From assembly GCA_039809385.1 (NCBI GenBank), contig JBDHUY010000001.1:96001-160000 (forward strand): a DNA stretch of 64,000 nt, read 5' to 3'. The position numbers and the translations under genes were made by a program. The notes beneath the pieces were generated by a model, which had not been told where the DNA came from, did no database searches, and was given only the letters and a program-made list of their open reading frames with translations. This DNA comes from Candidatus Altimarinota bacterium. GTDB lineage: Bacteria > Patescibacteriota > Gracilibacteria > JBDHUY01. This document shows, one piece after another, positions 59,621 through 64,000 of this stretch; within the stretch, counting starts at the first letter, position 1, and the number at the start of each line of letters is the position of its first letter.

Positions 59621-60046
59621 ATGACTCCCTATGTTAATGTATTTCTCAATATCCTCTCAGATACAAAGTCACCAGAAGAAATATCGGATTTCTTAGGAAT
59701 AACATGCGATGAACTTAAGAGAAAAGGAGAACCAATTCCTCTCACAAATCCTCAAAAGTTATATGAGATACACAAATGGCGTATAAATTCCAACTTAGAT
59801 GAGTCACACTTGGATGTTATTGATCATATAAAAGACTTATTGCATAAAATTCCTGACACGATTACTGGGAAAATAAAAGAGCTATCAAAAGACCATGAAG
59901 TATATCTCACGATAGGTTCGGTATCTCACGAAAGCCATCCTTACTTGTTTTTTGAAGCAGACATGATCCAAAAAATTGCCGACATGGGAGCAATATTAGA
60001 CCTTGATTTATACATCTTTCCCCAAAACGAGGACGAATCTTCTTAG
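59621..60046 (+). CDS. DUF4279-like putative immunity protein
   Basis: PEEISDFLGI...KGEP...W.INS...IQKIADMGAILDLDLY. Confidence 0.7.
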   Translation: MTPYVNVFLNILSDTKSPEEISDFLGITCDELKRKGEPIPLTNPQKLYEIHKWRINSNLDESHLDVIDHIKDLLHKIPDTITGKIKELSKDHEVYLTIGSVSHESHPYLFFEADMIQKIADMGAILDLDLYIFPQNEDESS

Positions 60047-60151
60047 CAAATCATAGCAGTACAATACGCTACGATAAGATCAGATATCCTGACCTCATTC
60101 TCATCATTCACTGATAGCTGGTGTGAATCTGAATATAGATAAAAATGATGA

Positions 60152-60757
60152 ATGCCTCGGTATCGAAGTTTACTAATGGAATATAACAATTCTTTCATCA
60201 CTGTAGGTTTCGATATTAGAGAAAGGTACTTTTCTGGAGGTGAAAATTATACTTTTGGAAAAGGAGAATTCGTAACTATGGACACAAGTCTATGTGAAAG
60301 ATACGAGAAAAGTATTATTTGGCACTATGAAAATAACCAAAGTTATCCCTTAGAATTTCATCCCGCATATGAAGAATTAAAATCGATATATGGGAATCTT
60401 ACCCCGGCTGAGAAAAAAATATTCACACTCTACGCGTTTGAGATTTATAGCAAAGACATGTCAATCGTAAAGAGAATGGTTGGAAGTAAAGAGATTCCCT
60501 TATACCAATGGGCTCTCACAAGAAACCTGGGGCTTTTGGCTGCACAAGAATGGCAATTCCAGGGATACGATGTATGTGGGGCAGCCATAGAAGTATCAGC
60601 TGTGACAAATTGTGCATATAAAAAAGAGGAGATTGAAAAACTTGGAAAACTGAACAAAAACTTTCTTTTGGAAGAATTACATGGAGCTGTTGCTTTTCAA
60701 GAATTTGCAAATAAGGATGCGATAGAACATGCACCTTTTGTCATCTGGAAAATATAG
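60152..60757 (+). CDS. Hypothetical protein, possible orphan immunity protein
   Basis: AT-rich ORF co-oriented at the end of the toxin-immunity array; no motif recognised. Confidence 0.55.
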   Translation: MPRYRSLLMEYNNSFITVGFDIRERYFSGGENYTFGKGEFVTMDTSLCERYEKSIIWHYENNQSYPLEFHPAYEELKSIYGNLTPAEKKIFTLYAFEIYSKDMSIVKRMVGSKEIPLYQWALTRNLGLLAAQEWQFQGYDVCGAAIEVSAVTNCAYKKEEIEKLGKLNKNFLLEELHGAVAFQEFANKDAIEHAPFVIWKI

Positions 60758-61060
60758 CTGAATCAATATAGGATGTCGTAAAAATAGTACTATTTCATTT
60801 CATTAGAGATCGGCATTAAGCGGTAAGACGAGGTGATAAAGTAATGAGGCACTATGGCAAGTTATTACAAGTTAGCTATATACAAACGTAAGGAGAATCT
60901 CTCATCGGAATCGAGAAATTCCGTGAATTGACAGTACAAAAAGAAAAGTCCACAATACAAAAAAGTCGATTCGTACGAACAGATACGTATGCTCAAGAAT
61001 CGACGATAGGCTTATTTTCTTTACTACGTCTATGGAACACCTTCGAAGCTCGGGGATCGA

Positions 61061-61891
61061 TTGGCAGGATTTCATGCACCCAACTGGCAAACGCAACTGA
61101 AAGAAGAAAAAGTCTTCGAGCAATTGTCCGAAAAAATCTTCACCCGGATCCCCTACCCGCGCGAAATGGCGGAATTTATCGGGGCAGCCGCACCGTGGAA
61201 AGAATTCTGCGCCCTTCGCATAGACGAGAAAAATCTAACCCATTTTCCCGAAACACCCGAAGGCAAAGAACCGGGCTACCAGCGGAGAGAGCGCAAAGCC
61301 GGCCGCGACGAAAAAGAATTTTTCCACTTCAACCGCAATTACATAAAAACGTTCGCCGAATCCGGCAGAGCCAAGATAGCCGGCATTCGGGCCTTTCACG
61401 ACTTCGCAGACGAACTTTTACAAATTAGTGGCGACTACATCCTCTCCATTGCTCATTCCATGCGAGACAGCATACCCGCATTATACGAAAACCTCGAAGC
61501 GCGTGAACTGACCCTGCGCTTTTTGCACTATATTCCCAGCCAGGACGCTCCCCATATATTGGCCGATCCGCACTTTGACCGTTCGGGCTTTACGCTCCAT
61601 CTGTATGAAAACTATCCCGGAGCCCAGTATCTGGACTGGGATAACACCTGGAAAGAGCTGCCGATCGATACCGGCAAAACCGTGGCTTTCGGCGCCTACC
61701 AGATGGGAGTACTCACCCGCAACAAAATTCAGCCGCTCTGGCACCAGGTGGTTTCGCGTCCCGACCTGGCGACACTACACGGAGATCGCTACGCTATCGT
61801 ACTCTTCAGCAGTCTTCCTGAGGTCGAACCGTTTCCCAAAGATATCCGTACTCAGGATCTCCTACCAGGCTATCTGCCGAAAGTGGACTGA
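61061..61891 (+). CDS. 2OG-Fe(II) oxygenase family protein
   Basis: LRFLHY, HFD (HxD), PLWHQV, RYAIVLF; start codon uncertain. Confidence 0.85.
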   Translation: MAGFHAPNWQTQLKEEKVFEQLSEKIFTRIPYPREMAEFIGAAAPWKEFCALRIDEKNLTHFPETPEGKEPGYQRRERKAGRDEKEFFHFNRNYIKTFAESGRAKIAGIRAFHDFADELLQISGDYILSIAHSMRDSIPALYENLEARELTLRFLHYIPSQDAPHILADPHFDRSGFTLHLYENYPGAQYLDWDNTWKELPIDTGKTVAFGAYQMGVLTRNKIQPLWHQVVSRPDLATLHGDRYAIVLFSSLPEVEPFPKDIRTQDLLPGYLPKVD

Positions 61892-62048
61892 AGCATCCAG
61901 GCTGGTTCAAAAACATTTTTCAAACATAGCAAAAAGGAATCGTTTTTCAATAAGGTGAAAATAGAGACAAATATTCAACAGTTATTTACTATTTCATATA
62001 ATTATACTACAATTTATATGATTTTTTATAGTAACATTATTAAATTCT

Positions 62049-62270
62049 ATGTCACTGATTCAAGTAAGTGTGGATGAAAAAGTCAAAAAAGCTATACAGA
62101 AGAAAGCCGATAAGTACGGCGTTCCGGCCAGTTCTCTGATCAAGATAGTCCTTGTCAAAGCTTTTTTGACAGAAGACCACGAATCGTTTAAAGCTGGAAA
62201 CATATTTAATGCCGACAGAGACAATCATGGCCAGAGGCTTAGTATTGACGATCTTATCTCAGCCTTGTAA
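62049..62270 (+). CDS. Ribbon-helix-helix antitoxin-like protein
   Basis: IQVSVDEKVKKAIQKKADKYGVPASSLIKIVL; directly upstream of RelE-like gene. Confidence 0.7.
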   Translation: MSLIQVSVDEKVKKAIQKKADKYGVPASSLIKIVLVKAFLTEDHESFKAGNIFNADRDNHGQRLSIDDLISAL

Positions 62271-62280
62271 AAAAGAGTAT

Positions 62281-62517
62281 ATGCCGGATAAACTCGTAAA
62301 GTTTTTGCGTTCACCGGAAGCCCCGCTTCGTGAAAAGCTGAAAAACAGACTGGAAGCGTTAAAACAATCGCCGTTTGCCGGACAGGATATAAAAAAGCTG
62401 AAAGGATCTTTATCTCATCAGTATCGTTTACGGGTAGGGAAGATCCGGATCATTTATGAAGTAAAAGACGGAGAAGTGAGCATCATCGACATAGACTTTC
62501 GAGGGAATATTGATTAG
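62281..62517 (+). CDS. RelE/ParE family toxin
   Basis: LKQSPF..DIKKLKG....YRLRVGKIRIIYEV...IDIDFRGNI; start ATG 62281. Confidence 0.88.
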   Translation: MPDKLVKFLRSPEAPLREKLKNRLEALKQSPFAGQDIKKLKGSLSHQYRLRVGKIRIIYEVKDGEVSIIDIDFRGNID

Positions 62518-62593
62518 AGAAACAAAAAGAATCAGATAAAAAAGTTTAACGTATACAGCAAACTTGGTAGAATAGGTGCTACAAACCTTCCTT

Positions 62594-62968
62594 ATGCGCA
62601 TAAAATCTTTCTTCAATACTAGTTTCGCTTTCCTGTACGGGTTTCTGCTACCTACGACCTCGTGGGCTCAAACCAGCACCGAGGGGAACGGGGTACTGCC
62701 AAAACAATCGTGCATCAACGACGGTTCGTGCGGACTGCAAGATATTCCGTTTTTCATTTACTATTTTGTAAACTTTTTGATCGGCATTGCCGGAACGCTG
62801 GCAGTTCTGATGCTGATGTACGGCGGATACCAGTATATCGTAGGCGGAATTGTCGAAGACCAGAAAGCCAAGGCGAAAAAAACTATTACGTACGCCGTAG
62901 CGGGATTGATCGTGAGCTCCCTGGCATGGGTCATCATAAACGTTTTGCAAACGACCCTGGCCGGTTAA
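62594..62968 (+). CDS. TrbC/VirB2-like pilin
   Basis: Signal peptide; IAGTLAVLMLMYGGYQYI...AKAKKTITYAVAGLIV..LAWVII. Confidence 0.8.
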   Translation: MRIKSFFNTSFAFLYGFLLPTTSWAQTSTEGNGVLPKQSCINDGSCGLQDIPFFIYYFVNFLIGIAGTLAVLMLMYGGYQYIVGGIVEDQKAKAKKTITYAVAGLIVSSLAWVIINVLQTTLAG

Positions 62969-63001
62969 ACACACATCTTTGCTTCTTCATCTTTTTTTCC
63001 T

Positions 63002-64000
63002 ATGGCTAATAAACTTGTCTCTCAAGCTCAAAAACTGCTCAACACGACCCAAAAGACCCTGAGCGCGCTGCAGCAGAAACTCCCCAAAAAACACAACCAT
63101 CAGGAACCGGCTAGTGACGAACATATGCTTTCTCCTGCGTCCGGGGATACGGACAAACCTCGCACCGTAGTGGACGTGAGCGTCTCCAGTATTACCAAGG
63201 GTGCTTTTGCCATTGTGGGCATTTTACTGCTGATCTATTTTTTATATTCGGTTCAGAGCACGCTGGTACTGCTCTTCGTATCGCTGATCCTGGCCGCCGC
63301 ACTGGATCCGGTCGTAGACGGTCTCGAGGCGCGCAGAATCCCCAGGGGTATCAGCGTGCTTATAATGTATATTGCTCTTTTAGTCATTCTGGGCACGGTA
63401 GTTTACTCGATCATTCCGATCATCGTCGATCAGCTGATTACCATGACCACCAATATCAGCACCTTTATCAACAATATTTTATCCGAAAATACCAAGATTA
63501 CCTTTAGCAAGGAACTTGAACCGGTCATTAACAGTCTCGTAAACAATATCGACAAAGAGCAGATTATCAGCGAGCTCCAAAAGATCCTTTCCACGATCAG
63601 CAGCCAGCTGGGCAATATCGCGGGCAATGTGTTGCTGGCGCTGGGAGCGATCTTTAACGGTATTCTCAATGCGGTACTGGTATTGGTAGTAACGTATTTT
63701 ATGGTTACGGACAAAGCCGCCCTTTACAATTTCGCCCATGCGCTCATCCCCGCCCGACATGCACATTATTTTACGATCAAAACGCGCCAGATGCAGAAAA
63801 AAATCGGCGGATGGGTACGCGGCCAGGTATTGCTCTGTATCAGTATTGGCATATTTACTTATATGGGTCTATACATTTTACAATTCTTTGGGATGGATAT
63901 TCAGTATAAAGAGACACTAGCCGTTGTGGCCGGCGTAACCGAAATAATACCGTTTGTCGGCCCCCTTATCGGTATGATTCCAGCCCTCTTGATTGCATTG
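63002..64000 (+). CDS. AI-2E (PerM) family transporter; 3' partial (not in ORF track)
   Basis: Translated by hand from ATG 63002: SLILAAALDPVVDGLEARRIPRGISVLIMY, KIGGWVRGQVLL, AGVTEIIPFVGPLIG; open to window end. Confidence 0.9.
   Translation, partial: MANKLVSQAQKLLNTTQKTLSALQQKLPKKHNHQEPASDEHMLSPASGDTDKPRTVVDVSVSSITKGAFAIVGILLLIYFLYSVQSTLVLLFVSLILAAALDPVVDGLEARRIPRGISVLIMYIALLVILGTVVYSIIPIIVDQLITMTTNISTFINNILSENTKITFSKELEPVINSLVNNIDKEQIISELQKILSTISSQLGNIAGNVLLALGAIFNGILNAVLVLVVTYFMVTDKAALYNFAHALIPARHAHYFTIKTRQMQKKIGGWVRGQVLLCISIGIFTYMGLYILQFFGMDIQYKETLAVVAGVTEIIPFVGPLIGMIPALLIAL

Noticed and set aside
120-63920. Many antisense or alternate-frame ORFs in the track (e.g. 26345-27094, 51186-52061, 43475-44107)
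   Set aside because: Shadows of well-supported genes, with no recognisable motifs

Overview
Bacterial chromosome segment, most likely from a Patescibacteria (CPR) lineage of the Peregrinibacteria type. That placement is inferred from the SLH proteins, DUF4012, 3D/PG-binding protein, CPR-type Cys-rich zinc protein and SD-less starts. TGA acts as stop, so code 11 applies. The window holds housekeeping genes (rpmH-rnpA-yidC-jag, mltG, miaA, tsaD, dnaK with CIRCE, secD, rpsB, tsf, tRNA-Arg(CCT), tRNA-Thr(CGT)), many surface/secreted proteins, a decayed HigBA pair, an IS481-like element, an RHS polymorphic-toxin locus (RNase toxin, barstar, orphan cassettes) and a RelBE-like pair. The most striking content lies in 30.3-44.4 kb: three unannotated short leader ORFs, each coupled to a terminator/antiterminator, i.e. 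candidate ribosome-stalling attenuators. (1) A Phe/Tyr-rich leader precedes a pfkB-fba-DAHP synthase-CM/TyrA-PheA-aminotransferase cluster. (2) A Val/Ile/Leu-rich leader precedes a GlnD/GlnE-fold nucleotidyltransferase-like gene. (3) A Met-rich leader (MMMAIMMMM) precedes a divergent SAM hydrolase/halogenase (DUF62) family gene. All calls come from reading the sequence by eye; no searches or folding programs were run.
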